NCBI GenBank assembly: GCA_964581555.1
Contig: CAZOOY010000001.1
Location: forward strand, 1-54,580
DNA: 54,580 nt
Direction: 5' to 3'
Source of the DNA: an uncultured Staphylococcus sp.
GTDB lineage: Bacteria; Bacteroidota; Bacteroidia; Bacteroidales; Muribaculaceae
This document shows, one piece after another, positions 28,801-38,731 of the stretch (within the stretch, counting starts at the first letter, position 1; the number at the start of each line of letters is the position of its first letter). The translations under genes and the position numbers were made by a program. The notes below the pieces were generated by a model. It made no database searches. It saw only the letters and a program-made list of their open reading frames with translations, and was not told the DNA's origin.

Positions 28801-29911
28801 CAAACTGTCCTGAATAGAACCATGCGATATTCGAATCTCCTTTCGACTTACCATCTTTGACACGGAGTTTGAAAGCATATAGTCTGTCAGGCGCGAGTTT
28901 ATTGATGAGAAGATTTCCATCCTCTGCTTCCAACCTCATGGTAGAAACAGGCTGCCAGTTCTTCCCTTTATCAACAGAGCAAAGCACCTCGATCTTGTCC
29001 GTATCACAGAGAGGAGTCCACGAAAACGCCGCCCATGTGAATTCCTGATTGTCCCGATAGCCACCGCGTCTCATAGGCTCGCGTGCAAAGTCAGCAATTG
29101 TATTGACACCCTTTAATGTCACCTTCGCCACAGGGCTTACGAGTTCTTCCGGCTCCGCTACACTGTAACGCCCGGTTATCACATAGTCTCCCTCCTGTGG
29201 AAGGCAGACACCTTTCATGACCACACGGACATCAGTGCCGTTATCAGGCCGGAGATCCAGACCGCTCAGACGAAGCAGTCTCCCGCCGGGAATATTTGTC
29301 ACCCTACACTCTCCAACTTTATTATAAGAGTAGTGCGTTCCCGTCCTGCCTATGGACTGACTTGAAAGATTGCGTCCGACAACAGCTCCGCGACCTATCA
29401 CATCAACAGTGATATTATCGGGCGTTATGTCGATACCCTCCGGCACCGTTATCTCTACGACAGAATTAGGCGTACGCTGTCCGGCTTTGAAATCAAGAAC
29501 GACATCGGATGAGACACCGACTCTCGCCAATGGATTTCTGAGACTGAGTTCCGGCATCAAAGCCTCGCGTCTTACGCTCACGGGATATTCTTTTATCATC
29601 CTTCCGGAAGCTGAAAGTTTCTGCAAGCGGTCACCCTCAACAGGGACCTCACTACGCGCACGTTCAGTTCCGGACGATGTCACGACACGGAAATGTCCTT
29701 CTCCCGAGAATGCGTCCAGCATATCTCCTACTTTCGGTGCTGTCGAAGTCAAGCCCTCACCTTCCGGAGTATCCACCGTATATCTATAAGTGGAGCCGGT
29801 GCTGACGAGAAGCGAGTCACCTTCTATCCGGCAATTATTTCCTGCAGCATGTGTCAGAGTGACAATCTGCGCAAGCAGACAGAAAATCGTAAATCTTTTC
29901 TTACCATTCAT
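25877..29911 (-). CDS. 1344-aa secreted multidomain protein: Ig/FN3-like domains, GH28-like beta-helix and C-terminal DUF362
   Basis: Signal peptide; FN3-like [13 protein letters not shown]; [30 protein letters not shown]. The last ~400 aa are paralogous to 23773..25731 ([40 protein letters not shown]). Confidence 0.8.
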   Translation of the reverse strand: MNGKKRFTIFCLLAQIVTLTHAAGNNCRIEGDSLLVSTGSTYRYTVDTPEGEGLTSTAPKVGDMLDAFSGEGHFRVVTSSGTERARSEVPVEGDRLQKLSASGRMIKEYPVSVRREALMPELSLRNPLARVGVSSDVVLDFKAGQRTPNSVVEITVPEGIDITPDNITVDVIGRGAVVGRNLSSQSIGRTGTHYSYNKVGECRVTNIPGGRLLRLSGLDLRPDNGTDVRVVMKGVCLPQEGDYVITGRYSVAEPEELVSPVAKVTLKGVNTIADFAREPMRRGGYRDNQEFTWAAFSWTPLCDTDKIEVLCSVDKGKNWQPVSTMRLEAEDGNLLINKLAPDRLYAFKLRVKDGKSKGDSNIAWFYSGQFDPKKYGAKGDGVTDDTDALNTLIQYAADLGGGVIRFGKGEFPVRTLHMRSNVWLHVDSAAVIKALPGGDAPETTWFSDRGYRSGLSPTDPGPYKDPENYLTKQDVGHTFFHNTMFHGERVENVKIVGTGRITGNGNLITTDKVMNNEPHRRSDKMFTFKLCKDIEIGGIESDRDMWYDEEKDEPYYIDGEKKIFGEPGMLHIDQGGHFVLLATGTDGIYVHDTYFGKHDVSNARDIYDFMGCNDVRAYNIYSKVCSDDIVKPGSDCSLGFTRPVSNYLVRNIVGDTNCNLFQIGSETADDIKDLYIDNIYVLGANKAGFSISTNDGACISNVYLNSGKTGPIHSRSKMKRTRAPFFISISNRGRVIGADVKKYSFEENGGKREELLVTNSNIGRVENIFINGVDISEVYGGSSFKKERWKPYDGTQTEASAIIAGFKLPDTEAVEGGLDFTLPDGRHTGYIENIVFNDVNMTVKGGHPAADADAVPPEIGVGRYNVVDMKIQPAYGYWFRHARNVGMNDCRIEAETKDGRYAVYFDDVFGAKVIDLEVAPNENRREPVGVVRSKNIDLNVAGQSEPRMAWGKNHPVGKGRGIHPGRVAWSHAPGAARWIPGEGRWYEDKWNSQEATDGMVADVLTTLTGELSQAEAWNALFNDFNKRTGRKKRGYKKGEKIAVKLNLNNTFEYADNEQINASPHLTLSLLRSLVNEGGVPQDAITLFDASRFMTDALYKKCHEEFPNVHYVDNEGTEGREKATYTEDAITYSSDNGKLARGLANCVIDADYLINVALLKGHGGQGVTLCAKNWYGATDINRNFRKNQHNNFNQSRTGRPRYMTFTDYMGHKDLGGKTMLFLIDGLYGSMDVNGAPSGKWKMAPFNRDWPCSLFGSQDGVAIDAVGIDFLSSEFPAMADVDYCDMYLVEAALAGNPPSGTTYDPEGDGTALKSLGVLEHWNNPSDKQYSRNLGENEGIELIYVKR

Positions 29912-32456
29912 AAGTTTTCCCTTTTTCAGTGGTCAGATCTATCGTGTAAGTTTTCTCAAGGTTAAGTGTCCCCCTTTTCCCAGCCGCATTTTCATTGGAA
30001 ATAAAAGCGGGAGAGTCGGGCACAAACATCATGGGATTATTCACCCTCTCGCCATTGGATAACATTCCTTTAAGAGGCTCCCTGCTTCGGATACGACACG
30101 TACCGCCAAGTGTGGAATGCAATTTCAAATGAGTCAGTCGTCCATCTTTCCAATCCATGTCGACAATGAAGCCTCCTCTTGCTCTCAGACCACGGACCGA
30201 TCCTGTTTTCCACACATCCGGTAGCGCGGGAAGAAGGAAGATTTCTCCACCATGACTCTGGAGAAGCATCTCTGTGATACCGGCGGTACCACCGAAATTA
30301 CCGTCAATCTGAAATGGCGGATGTGCGTCAAAGAGATTCGCATATGTGCCACCCCCTTTTGTCGCCACTTCCGTTGCGTCGGCATATTTAAGTCCGTTCT
30401 TCAACATTTTATAGGCATGGTTGCCGTCCTCAAGACGTGCCCGGAAGTTGATTTTCCATGCCATTGCCCACCCTGTTCCGCCATCTCCGCGCATTTCGAG
30501 GGTGCGCTTCACGGCTGCTGCAAGCTCCGGATCCCGCCGGGGCAAGATCAGTTTGGAGGGATGGAGACCGAAAAGATGCGAGGCATGACGATGTTCGGGA
30601 TCATTGTCAGCAAAATCTTCATGCCACTCCTGAAGTTGGCCCTCGCTCCCTTCATGGAAAGGATAGAGCGCTGCAAGAGCCGCCTGAGTCTCTCCACATA
30701 GCTCTGTTTCTCCAAGAATAACCGATGCCTGAAGGAAATTGGAGAAGAGATCACGCAGAATGGCCATATCCATAGTCGAGGCCTTAGCAACTTCCCCAAT
30801 CTTACGTTCACCCTGAGCATCCTTATATATAAATGTGTTTTCCGGAGAAGTGGAAGGATTGGTGACGAGATAGCCCGATTCGTCTTTCTGAAGCCAGCCG
30901 AGCATAAATTCCACAGCACCTTTCATAAGAGGATAAGCTTTCTCCCGAAGAAATACCTCATCACCGTTGAAAGCATAATGATCCCACAGATGTTGACAGA
31001 ACCAGGCACCGGCCATGGGCCAACACGACCAACGTGGCGCTCCTTTCGGATCCTTTTCATAGCCTCCTGTCGGCGATGTCTGCGCCCAGACGTCGGAATT
31101 ATGATGGGCAAGCCATCCACGCTCCATTCCGTAATTCGTTTTAGCTGTCTCTGCACCATTCACTGCAAGCGCTCCGATGAAATCGGCCAGAGGGCCAAAA
31201 CATTCCGTGAGTCCGGTTGACTCCACAGGCCAATAGTTCATCTCTGTATTGATGTTCACAGTATAATTCGATCCCCACGGTGGCTGAATGTGTGGATTCC
31301 AGATACCTTGCAGATTGGACGGCAGTCCTCCCTCTCGCGAAGAAGCTATGGTGAGATAGCGGCCATACTGATAGTATAACTCGACAAGCCCCGTGTCGGA
31401 ATCATCGTCCTGAAAACGACGCAGGCGTTCGGAAGTCGGCAAAGAGGCCCGCTCATTATTTCCCGGGCCGAGATTCAACGTCACGCGGTCAAATAGATTC
31501 CCATAGTCCGCTTTATGCGACGAAAGAAGTAATTCGAAATCTTTTCCTTTAAGAGCACTTAGAGTCCGGATGGTTTTCTCCTCCGGTGTGATACCGCTTG
31601 AACCCGGAGCGCGGTTAAACCCGTCATAATCCGTAGCGGCCGCCAGGATTATCGTAGCGGCATTGGCATTTTTCACAGTCATGACCGAGTCTCCGGAATT
31701 TACGTGGCCACCATCGGGAAGTACCCTGACCCTTGTCTCGAAACTCATTCCTCTTTTTCCGGTCTCATCATATACAATCTGATTTGGATCGTAGTCACGA
31801 TTAGCGACATAAATGGGAGCCTTCCCTGTCATGGTGAGTTCATCTCCGGTAACCTTCTTGAAACTATGTCTCAGTTTACTCGTGAGGGAAAGATCAAAGG
31901 ACACTTGCCCCGGACGGTCAGCCGTGATTCTCACCACCATCACCTGATCGGGATAAGAGATGAATGATGTGCGCTTATAAGTGACATCTCCAACCTTATA
32001 ACTTACGGTGGCCGTTGCATCCTTGAGATTGAGATCTCTATATAAATCTGAAACATCTCCCTGAGCAGACATTTTCAGATGCATGTCGGCCAACGGAAGA
32101 TAACGTGCCGTATAAGGACCTTGACAATTATCTTTCCAGAGATTTCTTGCAAGTTCATAATCTCCCATGTTCACTGCTGCCCTGATTGCAGGGAGCGCTG
32201 CGGATGCATTAGGGTTATTCCTGTCAGTCGGCTCGCCGGACCATAGTGTTTCCTCATTCAGTTGATAAACCTCGTCAAGAGGATTGCCGAACACCATAGC
32301 CCCGATCCTTCCGTTGCCAAGCGGAAGTGCTTCCTCCCATTTTGCAGCAGGAGTATCGTACCATAATTTTAAATTTCCGCAATTAGCGTAAAAGGGCGCT
32401 AAGGCTGTTATTACAGCCATTCCCGCACCTATAATTCTTTTTCCTATCGCTGTCAT
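29901..32456 (-). CDS. GH95 alpha-L-fucosidase / alpha-L-galactosidase
   Basis: [63 protein letters not shown]. 11-bp overlap with the next gene. Confidence 0.96.
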   Translation of the reverse strand: MTAIGKRIIGAGMAVITALAPFYANCGNLKLWYDTPAAKWEEALPLGNGRIGAMVFGNPLDEVYQLNEETLWSGEPTDRNNPNASAALPAIRAAVNMGDYELARNLWKDNCQGPYTARYLPLADMHLKMSAQGDVSDLYRDLNLKDATATVSYKVGDVTYKRTSFISYPDQVMVVRITADRPGQVSFDLSLTSKLRHSFKKVTGDELTMTGKAPIYVANRDYDPNQIVYDETGKRGMSFETRVRVLPDGGHVNSGDSVMTVKNANAATIILAAATDYDGFNRAPGSSGITPEEKTIRTLSALKGKDFELLLSSHKADYGNLFDRVTLNLGPGNNERASLPTSERLRRFQDDDSDTGLVELYYQYGRYLTIASSREGGLPSNLQGIWNPHIQPPWGSNYTVNINTEMNYWPVESTGLTECFGPLADFIGALAVNGAETAKTNYGMERGWLAHHNSDVWAQTSPTGGYEKDPKGAPRWSCWPMAGAWFCQHLWDHYAFNGDEVFLREKAYPLMKGAVEFMLGWLQKDESGYLVTNPSTSPENTFIYKDAQGERKIGEVAKASTMDMAILRDLFSNFLQASVILGETELCGETQAALAALYPFHEGSEGQLQEWHEDFADNDPEHRHASHLFGLHPSKLILPRRDPELAAAVKRTLEMRGDGGTGWAMAWKINFRARLEDGNHAYKMLKNGLKYADATEVATKGGGTYANLFDAHPPFQIDGNFGGTAGITEMLLQSHGGEIFLLPALPDVWKTGSVRGLRARGGFIVDMDWKDGRLTHLKLHSTLGGTCRIRSREPLKGMLSNGERVNNPMMFVPDSPAFISNENAAGKRGTLNLEKTYTIDLTTEKGKTYEW

Positions 32457-32477
32457 TAAGTTTTCGGTATTGATTTA

Positions 32478-33908
32478 TCAGTCTGCATCAACGATCTTGA
32501 ATACTTTCTCGGAATTTGAGATCAATTTCTCTACCGGCAATTTTCCTTTCAGCTCAAGCTTGATTACTGTTGCGACGGGATCATCCATCGAGTCCGGAAG
32601 AGTGATCTCAGTGACTCCGTTATGGGAAGAGCTTTTAAGGGCTCTTCCGTCGGCAAGCATGGTGGCTCTGCGTGCCGGAAGATTTGAGGGGACGGTGATT
32701 TTCCCGCTCTCAGGACGGTCAAAAACGCAGAGATAAAGCACTGTGTTTTTCCCTTCATCCTTGCGTGTGACCGCGCCCCACTCCGCCGGGATATGGCTGC
32801 GACGGGTGCCATAGACAGCATCACCGTTTTCCGCGAGCCACTCCCCGACCTCTTTCAGGCAGTTTCGCGCCTCGGCGGGAATCCGGCCTTGTGGGTCAGG
32901 ACCTACATTCAAAAGATAATTACCTCCAAGTGAAGTGATGGTCAGGAGATTTCGTAGAATAGTCTTACCTGACTTCCAGGCCGTGTCCCAACTCTTGTAG
33001 CCCCACGAACTACCTATATTCATACAGGTCTCCCAATAGATTCCGTCAATATCCTCTTTCTTGGGGATTTTCCCCTCCGGAGTCTTATAGTCGCCGGGGA
33101 AATCCGGTCGACGCAGGCGGTCATTGACGATCACGCGAGGATATTCCGCCAGAGCTTCCATGATATCCGAAGCCTGTTCCTTGGTGATGGCCTGCGGTGT
33201 ATCGAAGAAAATCACTCCGAGTTCATCGCCGTAGCGCGAGAGCAGTTCCTTGATCTGAGGTAAGGAGACCTCGTAGAAATATTCATTAAATGATTTTGTG
33301 GTCTGGAGAGAATCCCATGATCCGTTATGCTCACGTGTGTAATTATTGATAAATGTGGAGTCACGGTTGGCCCATCCCTCCCACATCTCCTTGCGGGCTG
33401 TACTACCGCCAGGATTATTCCAGTCCTGCGACTGTGAATAATAGAATCCGATTTTCATTCCGTGTCGGCGGCATGCCTTTACGATATCATCCAATATATC
33501 CCGCCCGTAATCGGTATAGTCCACGATATTGAAGTCGCTTGCCTTGCTGCCGAACATTGCAAATCCGTCGTGATGCTTGGTCGTGAAAACAATATACTTC
33601 ATTCCGGCATTTTTGGCAGTGAGTACCAGACTGTCAGCACTGAATCCTACGGGATTGAAGCGACTTGAGGTGGCCTGATATTCCCTAACGGGAATCTTGC
33701 ATCTGTTCATGATCCACTCGGCACCCCCGCGACGCTGATTATGTCCGTTATAGACACCTCCATACATGCAGTAAGGACCCCAGTGGACAAACATTCCGAA
33801 CTTGGCGTCCTGCCACCATTCCATCTTCTCCTCCTGTGATATTTTTTCGGCTGAAAAAATGGGTAATATCATGCACAAAAACAGTGCGAATGTCGAGAGT
33901 CGTTTCAT
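32478..33908 (-). CDS. GH29 alpha-L-fucosidase
   Basis: WWQDAKFGMFVHWG, TTKHHDGF, IFFD (nucleophile), VNDR, WETCM..SWGY, LLNVGP. Start reassigned to MKRLSTF at 33908, which gives a signal peptide and avoids overlap. Confidence 0.95.
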   Translation of the reverse strand: MKRLSTFALFLCMILPIFSAEKISQEEKMEWWQDAKFGMFVHWGPYCMYGGVYNGHNQRRGGAEWIMNRCKIPVREYQATSSRFNPVGFSADSLVLTAKNAGMKYIVFTTKHHDGFAMFGSKASDFNIVDYTDYGRDILDDIVKACRRHGMKIGFYYSQSQDWNNPGGSTARKEMWEGWANRDSTFINNYTREHNGSWDSLQTTKSFNEYFYEVSLPQIKELLSRYGDELGVIFFDTPQAITKEQASDIMEALAEYPRVIVNDRLRRPDFPGDYKTPEGKIPKKEDIDGIYWETCMNIGSSWGYKSWDTAWKSGKTILRNLLTITSLGGNYLLNVGPDPQGRIPAEARNCLKEVGEWLAENGDAVYGTRRSHIPAEWGAVTRKDEGKNTVLYLCVFDRPESGKITVPSNLPARRATMLADGRALKSSSHNGVTEITLPDSMDDPVATVIKLELKGKLPVEKLISNSEKVFKIVDAD

Positions 33909-33922
33909 TAGTGTGTGATAAT

Positions 33923-35482
33923 TTATTTGGTTAGATTGGTGAGATCTCCGTTTTTGCGTGCAATAAGTTGTGCGAGATAAAGCGAACGTGGAAATACATT
34001 GGTCTCTCCGTGTCCTTCCCATTCTCCCGACGGACGATCTTCAAAGACACCCGGCCTACGCTCTCCCTTGGTACCTATACTGTAATTCTTTCCCGATGCC
34101 CACGGACTTTGCACGGTCACTTTCCCTGCATGACAGTTCCAAAGCACCTGAGTGACTCCGGCCCAACCGTGACCGCTTCCCATCTTTCCACGATCCTGCA
34201 CATTAATTTCTCCGTCCGTCACGACATTGTCATAGAGTGTACCTACTGCCCAGCGATGATGCGGCCCGATATCGGCGTAGCTCTGAGTTGCAGTGCAATT
34301 GTGGAATACGTTCGGACCACAAACCTGCGATCCTGTCACAAAGTCATGCCTGCCCTCGCGGCTCTGACAGTTAATGAATAGATTCTGCTGCCCGTTGTTG
34401 TTGAAAGCATAGCGATAGCCACCTGTAATGACCGATTTTGGCGATAGATTCCGACAGTTTCTTACGGTCACATTCTTGGCATTACGTTCACAGCTCACAC
34501 CGGCATAGCCGAAATGGAACGCCGTCACATTGTCCACCCAGCAATTCTCCGCTTTATCGATCTGAATTCCTATCCATCCGTGGCGCGTATCCTCGTAATT
34601 TTCAAACTCCGAGTCAAGACAGAGATCGGCAATCCCTACTTCCGAGACACGGCCGTCAAAGGTGTACTTGTAGAGTTCGCCACCTCCATACTTGGTTGAC
34701 ATCTGCATTACTACTGGATTGTCAAGAATCACAGTATTCCCCTCCACTCCTGTCACTTCCCGCTCGAAAGCAAGATTGTATTCCTTCGGAGTCCATTGGC
34801 GTGTACCTTGCCTTTCAACGATCTGATCCATCTTTATGTCATGGATCCACTCCTGAGTGCCGGGTCGATAAAGGATCACACGGTCACCCGTCTTGAGACC
34901 GGATGCATCCGAGACATTGATACGGTGAGTCCCCACAGGAATAAAATCATCAGTAAGATGGACGCGTGTGCCGGGAATCTCCTGAACCATCCCCTTACCT
35001 GTCACCCGGATTAGCGGATATCTCTCCCGCTTCGTGGCTAAGAGACAAGTTTCGCCGGGACTACTCCCTTCACCCCTTATCTCGATTCCCGACTCACTTA
35101 TCACGATCGTCTCAGCCACGGGATAAATGCCGCTTGTCAGGAAAAGCACGCCGCGATGACCCTCCGCGTCAGGAGTCATTGCCGCGATGCTGTCAATCCC
35201 GTGTTGGATATGAGCCGTATTGTCACCCTCAACCGGGGAAAGCGTGACCGTGACTGCATGATGAGGCAATCCCTTGTCGCCGTGATGATAGCCTACCCGG
35301 CTGAAATCGGGGATGACATTACCCTCTTTATCAGGGAAATATTCGATCCTCCCTTCTTCCGAGATTTTTACAAGTGATGACTGCCAGGGAGCAGGCATTT
35401 TGGTCTGAGCGTTGACGGGAATTGTGAGTAAGACAATAACCGCTCCCAATCCCGACAGGATGATATTTTTTATCGCATTCAT
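33923..35482 (-). CDS. Secreted right-handed beta-helix protein (pectate lyase 3-like fold), function unknown
   Basis: Signal peptide from MNAIKN; IPDFSRVGY, DNTAHIQ, beta-helix periodicity (ENCWVDNVT, KNVTVRNC), GRHDF, GPHHRWAVGTLYDN, GHGWAG. Confidence 0.75.
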   Translation of the reverse strand: MNAIKNIILSGLGAVIVLLTIPVNAQTKMPAPWQSSLVKISEEGRIEYFPDKEGNVIPDFSRVGYHHGDKGLPHHAVTVTLSPVEGDNTAHIQHGIDSIAAMTPDAEGHRGVLFLTSGIYPVAETIVISESGIEIRGEGSSPGETCLLATKRERYPLIRVTGKGMVQEIPGTRVHLTDDFIPVGTHRINVSDASGLKTGDRVILYRPGTQEWIHDIKMDQIVERQGTRQWTPKEYNLAFEREVTGVEGNTVILDNPVVMQMSTKYGGGELYKYTFDGRVSEVGIADLCLDSEFENYEDTRHGWIGIQIDKAENCWVDNVTAFHFGYAGVSCERNAKNVTVRNCRNLSPKSVITGGYRYAFNNNGQQNLFINCQSREGRHDFVTGSQVCGPNVFHNCTATQSYADIGPHHRWAVGTLYDNVVTDGEINVQDRGKMGSGHGWAGVTQVLWNCHAGKVTVQSPWASGKNYSIGTKGERRPGVFEDRPSGEWEGHGETNVFPRSLYLAQLIARKNGDLTNLTK

Positions 35483-35502
35483 TTCATCACCTTTTATAAG
35501 AT

Positions 35503-37374
35503 TCAGAATCGCCACTCAACTCCTGCCATAAAGGTAGCGCGTGGCATGGGAAATCCATCATATATCTCATATCTCGCGGCCGTCAGATTCTCCCCCTTGA
35601 CGAAAATGATGAGAGGACGGCGGAAATCAAACTTATATGCTGCGCGGGCATTGAGCAGGAAATAGCTCTCAGCTTTCGTTTCCGTATTCAGATGTGAGAT
35701 GCCGAGTCCGTCGAGGGTCAACTCCCAGTTGCCGGGCGTAAATGCAACCTCCCCGAATATCTTGTGACGTGGAGCCGCGACGAGCCTGCGATTGGAGTGC
35801 AGATAGGCATAATTGGCCGTCACATTCCATTTATCATTAATTGTATAAGAAGCATCGAGTTCAAATCCTTTATTGATAAACTTCCCCGTATTTACATTCT
35901 TCTGTGCACCATCCACCATAACTGTCTGAATGAGATTCATCCCGTCAATGTAATAGAGTGCTATACCTAAGTTCAATCGACTGTCCAGACACCATTGGCG
36001 GAATTCTACTTCGTAATTGTCCATCGATTCCGGTTCCAGCTCAGGATTTCGTGCCGCATACATGTAAAGCTCCTTTATGTTGGGTGAACGGAAACCTTTT
36101 GCATAGTTGAACTTGACGCGATTGAATCTCATCGGACGAACCACGAATCCGGCCTGAGGAACCCACTGATTGCCAAATTGGGAGGAATGCTCCAATCTGA
36201 CCCCTGCATTCAGGCTCAACCTGTTCTCCAGAAGTGCTTGTTGCATCATGGCATAACCGGCTATTTCATTGACATGCCTGTCACAGATCGGGGTTTCCTT
36301 TCCGTCGGCTTTTGCAGAGTTCCATGCCTCACCGCCCCAGTGCTTGAAATCAGCCCCGACACTGAGATGATTACCCGTCCACGGGCGTAACGTCTGATAC
36401 AGAGTGACACCCATGTTGTAATCCTTGGAATTGAAAAGATAGTCGCGAGGTTTGCCGTTCTTCAGTCCATCGTCGATCTTATGCTTTCCCCAATTATAAT
36501 ATGCCTGGATGCCACCCGAGGTTTTATCATAACGGTTTTTTACGAAAACCGAGGTCGTTGTCCGAAGCATCCTCGTCCACATGTCAAGAGGAAGTGCAAG
36601 GTCAACTGATCCGGGATTCTCCGCACGGGTTTCGGTCAGCATTACATTTGCGCCCGCTTCCCAGTGAGAGGAAAAACTGTAGGAGAGGGAAGCAAACTGA
36701 TTGGCCAGCCAATATCCCATACCCCGTCGGCTCCCGTCGGTAGATTCATAGCTTGCCGCGCCAAACGCACGCAGTCCTCCTTTCCTGTATCCTGCCCTCG
36801 CTCCATACTTCTGAGTGCCGTAACTTCCGGCAGAGGCTTTGACACTCCCCTCGATTCCTTCTTTTTCTGCCCGGCGTGTGATAAGATTCACCGATCCTCC
36901 CATCGCCCCTGATCCGTAGAGGAGAGATGACGGACCGCTAACAACCTCTACTTTACTGATATCGTTGGTGACATAGGTGTCAGGGAGAGAGTGACCGAAC
37001 ACTCCGGCCCATTGAGGTTGCCCGTCGATCATGAAAAGCACTTTGTTTCCACCACCGACACCGCGGATGCTCACATTCCCTGCTGCTCCTCCACTCACTC
37101 CATATCCTGCGAGACCGCGCTCAGTGACGAACATGCCCGGGATGCGGTTCTGAAGCACGGGAAGAAGATTTGACTCAGTACTTCTTTCAATAATCCCCCC
37201 TCCGATCACCTTCACATCAAGAGGAAGAAGCTGGACGGGTGCTTTAGCAGCCCGCTCAAGCACCATGACTTCACCGAGCACCGTAGTCGTGTCCGTCGCT
37301 ACGCGTGTCTGTGCCCCCTGAACACAGGTGAACGGTGAGAGAAGTAGCGAAATTACAAAAAGTGTCTTTTTCAT
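35503..37374 (-). CDS. Classical (non-SusC) TonB-dependent receptor, BtuB/CirA-like size
   Basis: TonB-box-like LGEVMV, plug motifs SIRG, MIDGQP and VEVVSGPSSLLYGSGAMGGSVNLIT, GFRSP..ELY, NPELEPE, terminal Phe. 623 aa with no SusD partner. Confidence 0.9.
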   Translation of the reverse strand: MKKTLFVISLLLSPFTCVQGAQTRVATDTTTVLGEVMVLERAAKAPVQLLPLDVKVIGGGIIERSTESNLLPVLQNRIPGMFVTERGLAGYGVSGGAAGNVSIRGVGGGNKVLFMIDGQPQWAGVFGHSLPDTYVTNDISKVEVVSGPSSLLYGSGAMGGSVNLITRRAEKEGIEGSVKASAGSYGTQKYGARAGYRKGGLRAFGAASYESTDGSRRGMGYWLANQFASLSYSFSSHWEAGANVMLTETRAENPGSVDLALPLDMWTRMLRTTTSVFVKNRYDKTSGGIQAYYNWGKHKIDDGLKNGKPRDYLFNSKDYNMGVTLYQTLRPWTGNHLSVGADFKHWGGEAWNSAKADGKETPICDRHVNEIAGYAMMQQALLENRLSLNAGVRLEHSSQFGNQWVPQAGFVVRPMRFNRVKFNYAKGFRSPNIKELYMYAARNPELEPESMDNYEVEFRQWCLDSRLNLGIALYYIDGMNLIQTVMVDGAQKNVNTGKFINKGFELDASYTINDKWNVTANYAYLHSNRRLVAAPRHKIFGEVAFTPGNWELTLDGLGISHLNTETKAESYFLLNARAAYKFDFRRPLIIFVKGENLTAARYEIYDGFPMPRATFMAGVEWRF

Positions 37375-37394
37375 GGCTGAGGGAGATTGTATGC

Positions 37395-38693
37395 TTAATG
37401 TTTTTTCAATTTGTCTTTCTCCATTATGACGGCAGCCCAGAGCACTCCGGCCACCGCTTCCTTGGCATTCAGAATTTTGTCGATAGTCACATACGAGACG
37501 AAATCATTTTTGATCGAGACACCGTCACATGCACCGATCACGTCAAGCAGACCATTATTATTGACCCTGACGAAGGGGAAGAGTGCCTCATATCCTCTTT
37601 TCGCTACAGGACCATACTCTTTTTCCTTAAGCAGCCCCAGATCAATACCGCGCTGAATCGAATAGACAAACATGGCTGTACCTGAAGGATCGATAAAGTT
37701 GAGCGGATTGCTACCCTTATCCACCACCATATACCATCCGCCGGTGTTTTTATCCTGAGCTTTTTTGAGACCTTCGGCCATTTTAAGGTATATATTTTTA
37801 ATATCCTTATAGTCCGGATGAGATTCAGGTAGCACTGCGAGAAGCTCGGGAACGACGAGTGAATACCAGCCCATTCCTTCGCTCCACACCTCACGTGACA
37901 ATCCGTTCTCATCGGCCCAGGCTGCTTTTTCCGGTTCGGTGGTCCAGGCATGAAGCATCAGCCCGTCTTCACGCTGGAGATGTTTTGCGGCAGCCTTGAT
38001 ATTTCGGCAGGCTGTATCCAGGCAATACTCCTCTTCTCCCACAAGCTCCGCACAACGTATCAGGAACATCTGCATCATGAACACTCCGTCAACCCACATA
38101 TTCGGCGATTTGTTTCCGTGCCAGAACTGTCCGTCGGAACTTGGATAGCTGTCCACGGCCTCCAGGATCTGAAGTGCAGCTTTTTTGTAGCGCTCATCAC
38201 CGGTGCGGTCGTAGAGAGTACAGAATGCCGACCCCGTCATGAAGTTGTCAAGATTGGTCAGCGGACCACCTTTATAATTACCCTCCTCATCTATGAAGTT
38301 GTCTATATATTTCTTCATATAGGCCGTATATGTCGTATCAGAGGTGAGTTTGGCGAGCCTATCCATTGCGTCAAGCATATATCCCTGCACATAGGTATAG
38401 TTTTTCCAATAAGCCGTCCTGTAATCCGGATAGCGCGCCATGACAGATCGCGCAAGAGGAATAGCCAACTCTGCGGGAGCATCCCCTGGTGTATATTCGA
38501 GGCGGGCATCGGGATCACCTTGCGAGGTGGTGCGACGTGTTTTTGTCGTCACTTCCTGAGTCACTTTCATTGTGACACCACTCGGATCAGTTGTATATCC
38601 TGTTGTGCTGACCGTTGTCTGCGCGTCTAGATTTAATCCGGTAGAAAGGGTGACAACTGTCAGAATCGCGGCGGGGATATTCCTGTATTTCAT
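37395..38693 (-). CDS. GH105-like hydrolase, divergent WSEG variant
   Basis: Signal peptide; NLDN, FWHG...MWVDGVFM, LMLHAW, VWSEGMGWY, GWYMVVD, DPSGTAMF. Confidence 0.85.
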   Translation of the reverse strand: MKYRNIPAAILTVVTLSTGLNLDAQTTVSTTGYTTDPSGVTMKVTQEVTTKTRRTTSQGDPDARLEYTPGDAPAELAIPLARSVMARYPDYRTAYWKNYTYVQGYMLDAMDRLAKLTSDTTYTAYMKKYIDNFIDEEGNYKGGPLTNLDNFMTGSAFCTLYDRTGDERYKKAALQILEAVDSYPSSDGQFWHGNKSPNMWVDGVFMMQMFLIRCAELVGEEEYCLDTACRNIKAAAKHLQREDGLMLHAWTTEPEKAAWADENGLSREVWSEGMGWYSLVVPELLAVLPESHPDYKDIKNIYLKMAEGLKKAQDKNTGGWYMVVDKGSNPLNFIDPSGTAMFVYSIQRGIDLGLLKEKEYGPVAKRGYEALFPFVRVNNNGLLDVIGACDGVSIKNDFVSYVTIDKILNAKEAVAGVLWAAVIMEKDKLKKH

Positions 38694-38731
38694 ATTTGTG
38701 TTGTATCGGTTTAAGGTAAATTGATAATATT

